Under the pieces are notes generated by a model. It saw nothing but the letters and a program-made list of their open reading frames with translations. It made no database searches and was not told the origin of the DNA. A stretch of DNA of 37,767 bases. It comes from Minisyncoccota bacterium (GTDB lineage: Bacteria > Patescibacteriota > Minisyncoccia > Phycocordibacterales > UBA2100). Position numbers and translations under genes: made by a program. The stretch lies in contig JAGOTU010000001.1 of the NCBI GenBank assembly GCA_018061585.1, positions 1 to 37,767 of the forward strand, given 5' to 3'. Of this stretch, positions 1-7,962 are shown piece by piece (position 1 is the first letter of the stretch; every line of letters begins with the position of its first letter).

Positions 1-52
1 CGATTTCCCCTTCACTATACCCCCCCCTATTTGTGCACCCAATTAACCCGAA

Positions 53-157
53 CATATTCTCGCATTTCCCTACGGCTGAAGCCGAGGGACTTCGCTTGAG
101 TTTATCCGTCCGCTTTAGCGGTACGGGAATGTGAGCCGGTCCGGCAAGGGAATGTTT
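53..157. repeat. Split, degenerate copy of the intergenic dyad element (compare 1036-1070)
   Basis: Left-arm-like CATATTCTCGCATTTC lies at 53-68. Right-arm-like GGAATGTGAG (126-135) and GGAATGTTT (149-157) follow, separated by a ~57-nt hairpin-rich insert instead of the 4-nt spacer. Read by eye; weak. Confidence 0.3.
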
Positions 158-244
158 ATCTAACTCTTGCATTCCAAGCACTTCGTGGCATAGTGCCGGC
201 GGGACGATGGTCCCGCTCTTTCACTCAAACAACAGGAGCCCAAC

Positions 245-970
245 ATGGTTACGACCAGGGGTACTGCTACCAACGTTGAATTCGTGCTCGGCAATGAGCA
301 GATCGATCGCAAAGCCCTCTCCGCCAAGGAGCGGGTCGCGATCGTTCGCGCGATCATTAATGACCTCCCGATCAAATACATGCGCGCCTTCAAATCGCTG
401 AATCAGATTCTGGCTCATGCTGGAACCTATTCACCCGAAAGGTTCGTTCCTTTCGCAATACTCGACCTCCCGATCATTGGAGGTGGCGCGCGGAAGACCA
501 CTCGCGTGAGCGATGTGTATCTGTCGTGTTCGGCGATGGAGGGAGACTTTCCAAACGGTCAACTGAGTGCTGATCAGTGGTATCGCGCACCGCGCTTGCC
601 CTCTGATCTGCCGCACGTTCTCGGAGAGCTCGCACCGATCGCCGCAAAGCATTTGCTGCTTGGCCGCAACAAATGTCTGTACCAGCTCGATGTCACGTGG
701 ATCCCGAAAGTCACGTGGGAGGAGAAATCCATGAGCAGCACGCCGGAGGAATTCTGGTATGAGCTCGACGCCGTGATGAAACTGAAAATGCTCGACGACA
801 GTGATCTGGAGGGCCTGTTTCAGGAGAACGAGTTCGCCGACGCGACTATCTTCAACCTGAACCAGTCGCTTTCGGAAACGATCAACGACGCCGAGGGGCA
901 GGTGCGCCATCTGGCCAATTGTCGTGCCATGCTGCATGGCCGCATGGAGCGGCTCAGTATGGGGTACTGA
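245..970 (+). CDS. Hypothetical protein (241 aa), no family recognised
   Basis: The ATG is preceded by AGGAG (234-238) at 6-nt spacing. Composition is protein-like and a hairpin terminator follows. The overlapping minus ORF 431..997 looks like a shadow frame. Confidence 0.6.
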   Translation: MVTTRGTATNVEFVLGNEQIDRKALSAKERVAIVRAIINDLPIKYMRAFKSLNQILAHAGTYSPERFVPFAILDLPIIGGGARKTTRVSDVYLSCSAMEGDFPNGQLSADQWYRAPRLPSDLPHVLGELAPIAAKHLLLGRNKCLYQLDVTWIPKVTWEEKSMSSTPEEFWYELDAVMKLKMLDDSDLEGLFQENEFADATIFNLNQSLSETINDAEGQVRHLANCRAMLHGRMERLSMGY

Positions 971-995
971 GAGCGATCTCGAATCGCACATAATC

Positions 996-1028
996 AAAGG
1001 CCGCCCGTTTGCTCGGGCGGCCTTTTCC
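996..1028. terminator. Hairpin terminator after 245..970 (bidirectional shape)
   Basis: Stem GGCCGCCCG (999-1007) pairs with CGGGCGGCC (1014-1022). It is flanked by AAA on the left and TTTTCC on the right. Confidence 0.7.
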
Positions 1029-1035
1029 TTTTATA

Positions 1036-1070
1036 CATATTCTCACATTCTTGAGAATGTGAGAATGTTT
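1036..1070 (-). promoter_or_regulatory. Dyad element copy 1 (CATATTCTCACATTC-TTGA-GAATGTGAGAATGTTT), orphan copy in a convergent intergenic zone
   Basis: The core at 1039-1066 is a perfect 12-4-12 inverted repeat. All 35 nt are identical to the copy at 3038-3072. No supported minus-strand gene follows it. Confidence 0.5.
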
Positions 1071-1104
1071 TTCGCACTTTGCTATGCATATAGCTGCACC
1101 GCCA

Positions 1105-1132
1105 AATACAAAACCGGGCGCAGAGCGTCCGG
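1105..1132 (-). terminator. Intrinsic terminator of 1167..1532
   Basis: On the minus strand, hairpin CCGGACGC-TCT-GCGCCCGG (one G-U pair) is followed by TTTTGTATTT. Confidence 0.6.
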
Positions 1133-1166
1133 TTTGGGGCGGAATCGATTCCGCAAAGATCGTGCC

Positions 1167-1532
1167 CTAATAGGTCGGGTTCCTCACGCGCCTCACACAA
1201 CGGCCGTTATGAGTGACATCGTTGAACGGCGCCACACACGCAAGCGTTTGCCTGGATGATGACGAGGCGCTGTAGGTCGCCTTGTAACGACCGTTCGTGC
1301 AGCGCACCTTGAGGGCTTCGAGATCATGTCCGCCGGCGCACGACGCAATCGGAATGATTCCGAGATAGCGAAGTGTAACTTCCTCCCGATCCTGATCCTC
1401 GGACCAGATCGAAAGGGTGTAGACGGTGTTCGCTGCCACTCGACTGTGCGGCGCGATGCTCAGCATCGCCATCAGGAGCGCGAGTGTTGCCATCACGAGC
1501 GAAGCATTCGAGAGCGTAAACAGTTTCCGCAT
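1167..1532 (-). CDS. Small secreted or membrane-anchored hypothetical protein (121 aa)
   Basis: The N-terminus MRKLFTLSNASLVMATLALLMAMLSIA looks like a signal peptide. AAAGGA lies 7 nt upstream of the ATG. A consensus-like promoter lies upstream and a terminator downstream. Confidence 0.6.
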   Translation of the reverse strand: MRKLFTLSNASLVMATLALLMAMLSIAPHSRVAANTVYTLSIWSEDQDREEVTLRYLGIIPIASCAGGHDLEALKVRCTNGRYKATYSASSSSRQTLACVAPFNDVTHNGRCVRRVRNPTY

Positions 1533-1577
1533 CTGATCGTCCTTTGTGAGTGATTCTGGCTGTTAGTGACTGGCTAT

Positions 1578-1606
1578 ATAATACCACATTATTGCAGTAT
1601 GGTCAA
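1578..1606 (-). promoter_or_regulatory. Sigma70-like promoter for 1167..1532
   Basis: The minus strand reads TTGACC (1606-1601), a 17-nt spacer, then TATTAT (1583-1578). This is about 45 nt upstream of the start codon. Confidence 0.5.
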
Positions 1607-1687
1607 TATATGCTACATGGCTTTATACAGCCACACCACAGCCATTTGCCCTGCGTTATATGCATCGCCTTGCGCGCGCTATGCGTC

Positions 1688-2437
1688 CTATATTTTATAT
1701 CCCTCGAATCGCTCGATCCGAATCATCGTCGGAGCAACGCCCATCTTGGCGAGTAAGTCGCGCATTGATGCGACAAACGAGTCTCCACCGACAACAAAGA
1801 ATGCACTCTCCGCATAGTTCGGCGCAGTCTGTCCGATCATATCTGCCGATATTCTCCCCTTCAGTTCACCAGATACCGATTCGCCCGTCATCGTTGGAAT
1901 GAATCGATAATCAGTGTGCTCTGCGGCGTATGATTCGAATTCGGACAAGAACGGGATACTCGACCGGCTGCGATCGGAATGGATGTGTGTGATATCGAGC
2001 GAGCTGTTCTGATGCAAGAGTTCGCGGATAATGCTGCGGAACGGCGTGATCCCTATTCCGCCCGACAACCAGATCTGTGGCCCGGCAGAAGCCTCCCATA
2101 ATGATCCTGACGGATGGCGCACCATGATCGCATCGTTCGGCTTGAGCGCATAACAAGCGTCCTTAAATTTAGAATTGCGCACGCGCATCGCGAGTACGAG
2201 ACTCGCCTCGTATGGGGCGCTCGCTATCGTGAATTCTTTCAGCATCTCCGCATGGATTCCCGGGATCGATACCATCGTGTTCTGTCCTGAGGTAAACGCA
2301 AAATTTTCCGGACGCTCGATGGTAAGCGCCAGCGTGCTGACCGCTACCATCTCGCGGGAGATGACGCGTGTGCGATGAAAGACGTTCGCAGTCTCTCCGA
2401 ACACGAACGCTAATTCCGGAGGTAGTCCCATGCGCAC
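1688..2437 (-). CDS. Ferredoxin-NADP reductase-type FAD/NAD(P)-binding oxidoreductase
   Basis: The size (249 aa) and two-domain layout fit the family, and the NAD-binding motif WLSGGIGITPFRSI is present. It is separated from the upstream GNAT gene by only 3 nt (stop 2441, start 2437), consistent with an operon. Confidence 0.7.
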   Translation of the reverse strand: MRMGLPPELAFVFGETANVFHRTRVISREMVAVSTLALTIERPENFAFTSGQNTMVSIPGIHAEMLKEFTIASAPYEASLVLAMRVRNSKFKDACYALKPNDAIMVRHPSGSLWEASAGPQIWLSGGIGITPFRSIIRELLHQNSSLDITHIHSDRSRSSIPFLSEFESYAAEHTDYRFIPTMTGESVSGELKGRISADMIGQTAPNYAESAFFVVGGDSFVASMRDLLAKMGVAPTMIRIERFEGYKI

Positions 2438-2440
2438 ATA

Positions 2441-3004
2441 TTATCGTATATCACCGGCCCGCTTACCGCGGGGAATGTGGTACATCACCATCTCGCGATC
2501 CTCTCCCCGTCCGTTCTTCTTGTTGAACTCACGATCTACCGTGCCGCCGAGCGATTCCGCTATCTTGCGACTTGATACATTGATCGCAACGACCGGGTAC
2601 TCCAGGTAATCGTAATTGAGATTCTCATCTGCCCAATTTTTGATAGCTGTTACAGCCTCTCTACCATACGCATTCCCGTGCGCAGATTTCTTTATCCATA
2701 TACCGAGTTCCGGCGTGCGGGTGTCGAGCGCATGAATCCCGCCGTTGCCTAAAAACTCGCCGTCTTTCAGGATCGCCATAGCAAGATCCGTCCCGGCGGC
2801 ACGCTCGGCCGTCGTCTTTGCAATGTATTCGTCGGTGTCGGCAATACTTTCGGGCGCCGACGGGAACATGTGCGTGGTGATCTCGGAGGTGAACTCGCGG
2901 AATATGTCTTCGCGATACGCAGGGGTAATAGGCACAAGCGTAAGCCGCTCGCTCGTGATGCGAACAGCCTCCAGATCAAGCTTTCCGTGTTCTTCATCAG
3001 TCAT
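2441..3004 (-). CDS. GNAT-family N-acetyltransferase (RimJ/RimL-like)
   Basis: The 187-aa product has the typical LTLVPIT N-terminal strand and an acetyl-CoA pocket region (NAYGREAVTAIKNWA, INVSSRKIAESLGG). Confidence 0.75.
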   Translation of the reverse strand: MTDEEHGKLDLEAVRITSERLTLVPITPAYREDIFREFTSEITTHMFPSAPESIADTDEYIAKTTAERAAGTDLAMAILKDGEFLGNGGIHALDTRTPELGIWIKKSAHGNAYGREAVTAIKNWADENLNYDYLEYPVVAINVSSRKIAESLGGTVDREFNKKNGRGEDREMVMYHIPRGKRAGDIR

Positions 3005-3037
3005 GGAGCTATCCTAGCACTCCCCCTTTTACAAGCC

Positions 3038-3072
3038 CATATTCTCACATTCTTGAGAATGTGAGAATGTTT
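3038..3072 (-). promoter_or_regulatory. Dyad element copy 2; candidate promoter-operator of the GNAT/oxidoreductase operon
   Basis: The core at 3041-3068 is a perfect 12-4-12 dyad. The minus strand reads TTCTCA-N17-GAATAT. It lies 34 nt upstream of start 3004 and directly after the terminator of the preceding gene. Confidence 0.5.
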
Positions 3073-3073
3073 C

Positions 3074-3110
3074 TATAAAAAACTGCCACCTCGCGTCGTG
3101 TCGAGGTGGC
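3074..3110 (-). terminator. Intrinsic terminator of 3125..3697
   Basis: Stem GCCACCTCG (3085-3093) pairs with CGAGGTGGC (3102-3110). On the minus strand it is followed by AGTTTTTTAT. Confidence 0.75.
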
Positions 3111-3124
3111 ATTGTGGTCGGGTA

Positions 3125-3697
3125 TTATCCGTTCTCCAGCGCACTGATCAAGACCTTCCAGATCCTGATCTCGCATTCCTGACCCATGCGGTCCTGCTCC
3201 ATATATCGTTTGTGTTCCACGCGCTTGTCTGCAGGCAGATCATCAAGAGAGATCGTGGGAATTTCTTCCGCCTCGAGCAGACTCACATGTTCCCGCAGTA
3301 TCTCGATCACCGAACTAAAATCGGTATCAAGTGAGCGTCTATCTATCTTTGCGATCGCGTCGAAGATCTTGTCGATCCCCCGCCTGTGTTCCTGCGCGTT
3401 GAGTATCGCCTGAATGCGGATCTTCTCCGACGATATGGTCGCACGCTCGGCGTGACGACCTAGTTCCACGAACGTATCGCGCGGCTGCTCACCTGCGGCC
3501 TCCGCCATATGACGATCGATGTCTGCTGCTTCCTGTGCCATCCGCATTATCTCGTCCTCATCGGGCGGACCATTCAGTTCTGCATGAAGGCGCTGAATAC
3601 GGCGATTCAAGATGGCGCTCTGTGCGTTGAGTAGCGTCGTGATCGTGATGAGGGCTGCGTACTTGGTATCCGCGATGCGGGGTAGCGACCATTTCAT
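3125..3697 (-). CDS. Hypothetical protein (190 aa), predicted helical/coiled
   Basis: A GGAGAAGGA Shine-Dalgarno sequence lies upstream of the ATG. Composition is protein-like and a terminator follows. No family recognised. Confidence 0.6.
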   Translation of the reverse strand: MKWSLPRIADTKYAALITITTLLNAQSAILNRRIQRLHAELNGPPDEDEIMRMAQEAADIDRHMAEAAGEQPRDTFVELGRHAERATISSEKIRIQAILNAQEHRRGIDKIFDAIAKIDRRSLDTDFSSVIEILREHVSLLEAEEIPTISLDDLPADKRVEHKRYMEQDRMGQECEIRIWKVLISALENG

Positions 3698-3770
3698 CGT
3701 CTGATTCCTTCTCCAACTCTATCTTGTCGCACTATATCCACGACAATATCGCAGTCAACCAGTCAATATT

Positions 3771-3806
3771 CAAAAAGCCGCGGTGCTTGGCACCGCGGCT
3801 TTGTAT
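3771..3806. terminator. Bidirectional hairpin terminator (serves 3829..4191)
   Basis: The hairpin AGCCGCGGTGC-TTG-GCACCGCGGCT spans 3776-3800. It has an A-run on the left and a T-rich tract on the right. Confidence 0.75.
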
Positions 3807-3828
3807 TGGAAGGAGCGTGTTCGTATCG

Positions 3829-4191
3829 CTATGCTGCTTGTTCGGCCGTCGCGCGGCGAGGCGCATAGAGGTCGATGCGGACCTGCGTCATGCGCCGGAT
3901 CCACTCGCGGATGTGCTCGCGAAACGGCAGGTACAGGTACCGCAGCTCGCGGACTTCCATCACGAACATGATGTCGTCGGCAAGCAGCGCACGAAGTCGC
4001 ATTTCATTGTGCTCGCCAAGGAGGATGATCGGCGTCGTCGCTTGCACCAACACGCCGCCCTCGTGGTAGCCCGTGCACCACACGTCCGTGGACAGGCCGC
4101 CCTCGAGCGCATCCTGTTCTGCCTGGGTCCAATCGCCCCCGGTGCGATACAGGATCGTCACCATTTGCTCATCGTCTTTTCCGGTAGACAT
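3829..4191 (-). CDS. Hypothetical protein (120 aa)
   Basis: GGGAGAAGG lies just upstream of the ATG and a terminator lies downstream. The opposite-strand ORF 3724..4224 is Arg-rich and shadow-like. Confidence 0.55.
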   Translation of the reverse strand: MSTGKDDEQMVTILYRTGGDWTQAEQDALEGGLSTDVWCTGYHEGGVLVQATTPIILLGEHNEMRLRALLADDIMFVMEVRELRYLYLPFREHIREWIRRMTQVRIDLYAPRRATAEQAA

Positions 4192-4273
4192 TGCCTTCTC
4201 CCGCTGTCAGTCGATCAATTGTGATACCATCGGTACTATGCCATGTTTCGGCTACAGGTCAAATGAGTCTGGA

Positions 4274-5050
4274 CTACGTCGTAGTCGCCCACCACTTCAG
4301 TTCGCCCGTCTTGTGATGTTCCAGCACACCCCGCGCGACAGTTCCAATCGCATCAGTGCGTTCCGCACATTCCTGTAATACAGGGAGCGCCTCGTCAGTC
4401 TTTTTGCCCATCAATTGTCGGGCCGCCATAAACCTCACAGCAGCATCCTCATTCGAGAGCTTGGGAACAAGCAGACGAAGCTTAGGGTCGCGCTGCTGAA
4501 TTTCGAGGAAGTCGATCGAAATGCGTTCGAAGCGAGCATCAGCCTCCCGCTTATCCTTTGCCATAAAATGCGCGATCACATTCTTGTCGTACCCAGCCAT
4601 GAGCGCGTCGTCGGTCTGGGCGCGATGCCTGGATTCCCGCACGATTGCCGCAGACAAAATGCCGAACATCGCAACTGACGCGAGTGCGCCGACCGCACAG
4701 AGCCCGAGCAATATATACACATTCATCATCGTGTCGGATTCCAGCGTTGTCTGTGTGAATCGCGCGTATTCGAGGCCGTCATTGTATAGATTTGCGGCGG
4801 TCAGCATGCCAAAAAAGGTAGGAAATATGTACGACGGCAGCCATCCGAAATATTTCCACAGGTACCGACCAAAAATGATGATCACAAGCACATCGAGCAC
4901 CATGCTCAAGTAGCTAAGCGGCGACCCAATCGCATACAGCGCATATTGCTCTTCGATAGCTGCGATAACATACGAGATTCCGAACGCTACATAAAAAGAT
5001 TCGCGTTCATAGCGAAGTGTAAGGAACAGACGGTCCAGCTGTTTCCACAT
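4274..5050 (-). CDS. Membrane protein with C-terminal HEAT-like repeat region
   Basis: The N-terminal half has about 4 hydrophobic spans. The C-terminus (NEDAAVRFMAARQLMGKKTDEALPVLQECAE) resembles HEAT/PBS-lyase repeats. It is tightly linked to the upstream small gene. Confidence 0.55.
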   Translation of the reverse strand: MWKQLDRLFLTLRYERESFYVAFGISYVIAAIEEQYALYAIGSPLSYLSMVLDVLVIIIFGRYLWKYFGWLPSYIFPTFFGMLTAANLYNDGLEYARFTQTTLESDTMMNVYILLGLCAVGALASVAMFGILSAAIVRESRHRAQTDDALMAGYDKNVIAHFMAKDKREADARFERISIDFLEIQQRDPKLRLLVPKLSNEDAAVRFMAARQLMGKKTDEALPVLQECAERTDAIGTVARGVLEHHKTGELKWWATTT

Positions 5051-5052
5051 GG

Positions 5053-5319
5053 CTATTTCTCATTGCCCCAGCTCCAGCGCGGCTCCTCGCCGTATGCATA
5101 GCAGAACCGAATGAATCCCATCGTCAGGAACGTGATCGGCAGAACGAAAGTGAACGCGATCTCCCGCGGCGGTGAATTCTCGTCGATCGTGAGTGCGAAT
5201 GCGATGACGGCAACGATATATGCCGCCAGAACCAGCCATCCCTGCCATGTAGCCGGCTCCCATCCCCAGCCGAACCGCCGCCGCTTGAACCAGATCTCTT
5301 TGCCGTTTTGATCCGCCAT
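5053..5319 (-). CDS. Small membrane protein (88 aa)
   Basis: I trimmed the start to the internal ATG at 5319 (MADQNGKEIWFKRRRFGWGW...). The longer ORF upstream looks non-coding. Two hydrophobic spans are present. The start is uncertain, with a GTG alternative 2 codons upstream. Confidence 0.45.
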   Translation of the reverse strand: MADQNGKEIWFKRRRFGWGWEPATWQGWLVLAAYIVAVIAFALTIDENSPPREIAFTFVLPITFLTMGFIRFCYAYGEEPRWSWGNEK

Positions 5320-5422
5320 ATGCACCCACGATACCACCCCTCCTGCGCGCACGCATGAATAATTGACAGTAGGCAGATAGTATTGCACTATACCAACTGC
5401 ACAAGCCACAAGGGAGCACTCA

Positions 5423-5764
5423 ATGTTTGGCCAACGAGCCTGTATACCCATGATCCGTGAGCATGCCGAGATATTCAGGAATATCCTGCGCGACCTCAGC
5501 CTGCACCGGACATTGCGGCCCGGCGGCATCTACATCCCCAAGGATCTGGATACCGAGTCCGACATCGATGAGCTGCTGCGGAAGTACGTCCTCGGTGACC
5601 CAGACGGCGAGTTCATGATCGACGGCTTTGGCATCGATGGCCACGAAGCTGTGATCACATTCGGCAACGTGTCGTTCATGTCCGGCGGCGGCGCATCGCT
5701 CCGATATTCAGTCGTCGGCGTCAGCGTGGACTTTCTGCGCGAGAACATGGTCTTTATGAGCTGA
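5423..5764 (+). CDS. Hypothetical protein (113 aa)
   Basis: AAGGGAG lies 6 nt upstream of the ATG and a terminator hairpin lies downstream. No family recognised. Confidence 0.55.
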   Translation: MFGQRACIPMIREHAEIFRNILRDLSLHRTLRPGGIYIPKDLDTESDIDELLRKYVLGDPDGEFMIDGFGIDGHEAVITFGNVSFMSGGGASLRYSVVGVSVDFLRENMVFMS

Positions 5765-5784
5765 TTCCGGCTCATCCCAACCTC

Positions 5785-5815
5785 AAGCTCGGCATTCGTG
5801 CCGAGCTTTTCGTTT
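5785..5815 (+). terminator. Intrinsic terminator of 5423..5764
   Basis: The hairpin AAGCTCGGCA-TTCG-TGCCGAGCTT is followed by TTCGTTT. Confidence 0.75.
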
Positions 5816-5828
5816 GCAGATAGTTACT

Positions 5829-5860
5829 ACAAACAAAAGGACCGGGCATTGTTGCCCGGT
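5829..5860 (-). terminator. Intrinsic terminator of 5897..6379
   Basis: The hairpin ACCGGGCA-TTGT-TGCCCGGT spans 5841-5860. On the minus strand it is followed by CCTTTTGTTTGT. Confidence 0.75.
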
Positions 5861-5896
5861 CAGGAATGTACTGTTCAATTTCTCGCTTCGGACATA

Positions 5897-6379
5897 TCAG
5901 CCGACGACGACGCCCGTGGCTGTCGCACCACCTTGTGAGCGCTTGATGGCTCCGTAGTCGAATATGAACGGCTTCGCCTCGCCGTGCTCCACATCGTGGA
6001 ACTGGATCTCTCCGAACACTTCGGTGAGAGCGGCGCGAATCGCGCTACCGATCTTCGAGAACTTGGTCGTGTCGCCCTCGGCAATGACATTGCCCGGGGT
6101 GATCCAGAGACGGGTCACGCCTTCCGTACCGCTGAGCTTTTGCACGAACCGCGCGACCTCCTCGCTTTCGAGGCGCGCACGACGAATGTCGGATTCGCGA
6201 AGACCGTTGGTCTTCGCGCCCATCCCCATCGTCGTATATGCGTTGCTCTGCATCGGTATCAGCACGAGCGGCGCGACGCACAGGAACGACAGGCAAACCT
6301 TTGCCGCGCCGCCCTCGCCTCTGCCCATACTGCTCTCGATGGTTCCGGTTACGATCGTCGGTATCTGGCGTCCGGTCAT
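5897..6379 (-). CDS. Hypothetical protein (160 aa)
   Basis: I trimmed the start to the ATG at 6379, which has GGGAG 6 nt upstream (GGGAGAATCGA-ATG). The upstream part of ORF 5897..6502 only translates the repeat element. Confidence 0.6.
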   Translation of the reverse strand: MTGRQIPTIVTGTIESSMGRGEGGAAKVCLSFLCVAPLVLIPMQSNAYTTMGMGAKTNGLRESDIRRARLESEEVARFVQKLSGTEGVTRLWITPGNVIAEGDTTKFSKIGSAIRAALTEVFGEIQFHDVEHGEAKPFIFDYGAIKRSQGGATATGVVVG

Positions 6380-6433
6380 TCGATTCTCCCGAGTTCGGAG
6401 CGCGGGAACTGCTCCCGCCCTCATTACCGACTC

Positions 6434-6500
6434 CACCCTACCCCGCCTCATCAAAATCCGCCATATTATCGACATTCGGAAATCTGTGCTCGTATTCTGC
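6434..6500 (-). repeat. 34-nt exact repeat (6434-6467) joined to a decayed dyad element (about 6461-6500)
   Basis: CACCCTACCCCGCCTCATCAAAATCCGCCATATT is identical to 7929-7962. The following ATCGACATTCGGAAATCTGTGCTCGTATTCTG aligns loosely with the dyad copy at 7957-7991. Confidence 0.6.
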
Positions 6501-6503
6501 AAA

Positions 6504-6534
6504 CAAAAAGCGCCTCGTCATAGAGGCGCTTTTC
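6504..6534 (-). terminator. Intrinsic terminator of 6560..7204
   Basis: The hairpin AGCGCCTC-GTCATA-GAGGCGCT spans 6509-6530. It has T-runs on both strands. Confidence 0.7.
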
Positions 6535-6559
6535 AAGTTTTGAAGAACAGTCCAGTACA

Positions 6560-7204
6560 TCAGGCCGCCACGAACTTGCGTTGATACCGACGAGCGCAGA
6601 GTACGAACATCATTGCCTGCATTACGGCGAAGTAGATGGGCACCAAGGCGCCGGTCACTGTCCATGCCGGGATCGCAGCGACCCCGAACAATCCGCCAAG
6701 GAGGAACATCCCCCATGCAAACATCGACTCGGTCCGAGGATTCTTGATTAGCGGCACCACGATGGCGTACGTACCTACCGAAAACGAGAATATCGTCAGG
6801 TAGATGGCGTAATCCGGGTTTCTGTTGATCGCCCAGACCGCGATCGCAGCAACGACGGAAGCGAGGCAGAGTGTGTCGCGCCTGCACCAATCACTGAATG
6901 CATCTCGCAGACTCCCTGATTCACCACGAAGTTTCGCGATGAGCAGACTCTTGCGAACACACAGACCGATGAGGATCAAAGCACCGACGATGTACGGAAC
7001 CATCTGCCACGATATCTCACCCTTAGTGACCATTACCGCGAAGATCACGATGTCGGTCAGTACCCAGCACACGAAGCCCGAAACCGTCGGACGCGTATCG
7101 TGTACTCCGCCGACCTTCCATGTCTCGATGAAATACGGTATGAACGCGAGCGCGGAAATGACGACAGACAAGATAACGTAGACAAGCTTCTGATCTTCGC
7201 CCAT
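6560..7204 (-). CDS. Polytopic membrane protein (214 aa), family not recognised
   Basis: There are about 6-7 hydrophobic spans. GAGGAG lies 6 nt upstream of the ATG. Confidence 0.6.
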   Translation of the reverse strand: MGEDQKLVYVILSVVISALAFIPYFIETWKVGGVHDTRPTVSGFVCWVLTDIVIFAVMVTKGEISWQMVPYIVGALILIGLCVRKSLLIAKLRGESGSLRDAFSDWCRRDTLCLASVVAAIAVWAINRNPDYAIYLTIFSFSVGTYAIVVPLIKNPRTESMFAWGMFLLGGLFGVAAIPAWTVTGALVPIYFAVMQAMMFVLCARRYQRKFVAA

Positions 7205-7315
7205 AGGCGACTCCTCTCATTGAACCGATGTCTATTACCTGACAGTATTATACCTCAAGACCACGCATTTGTACATATGTCAAGAGGGGCTCAACAGAGC
7301 CTTTCTGTCGATCCA

Positions 7316-7349
7316 CAAAAGAAATACGGCGCGATCAAATGACCGCGCC
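7316..7349 (-). terminator. Intrinsic terminator of the cupin gene
   Basis: Stem GGCGCG (7328-7333) pairs with CGCGCC (7344-7349). On the minus strand it is followed by GTATTTCTTTT. Confidence 0.55.
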
Positions 7350-7366
7350 GCGACTAGTCGGAATCG

Positions 7367-7903
7367 TTATTTCCAGCGCCGCATGAGCGGTCCGTGGGTG
7401 CCATAGAGCGGATCTGCGAGCGGCAGCTTCACGAGCGGCAGATACTTGAGTGCCGTGTTGTAATCGCTCTTCGTTTGCCGTTTCAGATCCCACTTCTGAC
7501 CGTAGGGATACAATCCGGCGACCGTGAAGCGATGATCGCCATTGATCCGCCTGTGCGCGACGCCGGCAGGAATCGCGACCGCGTCTCCCGCGCTCAATCG
7601 GATCTCCTTGCCACCACTGCCGCCGAAACGGATCTCTGCGGAGCCCGAGAGCACGATCAGCATTTCATGCGCAGTACTGTGGTAATGCGTGTAGCGGTAC
7701 ACCGCATTGCTCTCGACCCAGTCAGCACGCCAACGGTTCGTGCTCGCGATAGACGCAAGCGCTTGCTTTGCTGTGTGCTCGGTCTCGTTGATGAACAGAA
7801 CCGCATTGCGGTAGACAACCACCGGAAGTGCCGAGTTCGGTACAACACCGTTGTCGCCGAACAAATATCCCGCAACAGTGACCTCGTTGGATATCTTGAT
7901 CAT
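7367..7903 (-). CDS. Cupin-domain protein, YjlB-like
   Basis: The cupin core reads HYHSTAHEMLIVLSGSAEIRFGG...GDAVAIPAGVAH. I chose the ATG at 7903 because AAGGGAG lies 7 nt upstream. The ORF-track GTG at 7909 is too close to the Shine-Dalgarno sequence. Confidence 0.7.
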   Translation of the reverse strand: MIKISNEVTVAGYLFGDNGVVPNSALPVVVYRNAVLFINETEHTAKQALASIASTNRWRADWVESNAVYRYTHYHSTAHEMLIVLSGSAEIRFGGSGGKEIRLSAGDAVAIPAGVAHRRINGDHRFTVAGLYPYGQKWDLKRQTKSDYNTALKYLPLVKLPLADPLYGTHGPLMRRWK

Positions 7904-7928
7904 GACCACTCTCCCTTAAATCTGCTGA

Positions 7929-7962
7929 CACCCTACCCCGCCTCATCAAAATCCGCCATATT
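7929..7962 (-). repeat. 34-nt exact repeat (twin of 6434-6467), probable shared 5' leader
   Basis: The sequence is identical base for base to 6434-6467. It lies between the dyad element and the cupin Shine-Dalgarno sequence. Confidence 0.7.

Noticed and set aside
968-970. Alternative genetic code (UGA recoding), as in some candidate-phylum bacteria.
   Set aside because: TGA terminates several well-supported genes at family-appropriate lengths. Examples are 245..970, rsmH with the ATGA overlap at 28289-28292, ftsI at 26221 and 20843..21091. No in-frame TGA is needed in any recognised gene.
431-997. Long ORFs antisense to well-supported genes. Examples: 431..997(-), 3724..4224(+), 5964..6584(+), 7394..8221(+), 8455..9465(+), 9059..9898(+), 12249..12812(+), 13195..13830(-), 15514..16320(+), 16500..17381(+), 20810..21439(+), 22312..22899(+), 22947..23498(+), 28902..29429(+).
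   Set aside because: They have Arg/Ser/Pro-rich, low-complexity compositions typical of shadow frames in GC-rich DNA. They lack Shine-Dalgarno sequences. Each overlaps a gene with clear family motifs or good initiation and termination signals.
7929-7962. Mini-ORF ATG GCG GAT TTT GAT GAG GCG GGG TAG (MADFDEAG) encoded on the minus strand of the 34-nt exact repeat, considered as a possible leader peptide.
   Set aside because: The ATG is part of the conserved AATATG motif present in every dyad copy. In the other copies it opens unrelated, differently sized frames. The predicted transcription start would fall inside the mini-ORF. No Shine-Dalgarno sequence is present.
7929-7962. TGATGAG in the shared leader, considered as a hammerhead-ribozyme core.
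   Set aside because: It is preceded by T rather than the required C of CUGAUGA. No matching GAAA or stem arrangement is nearby.
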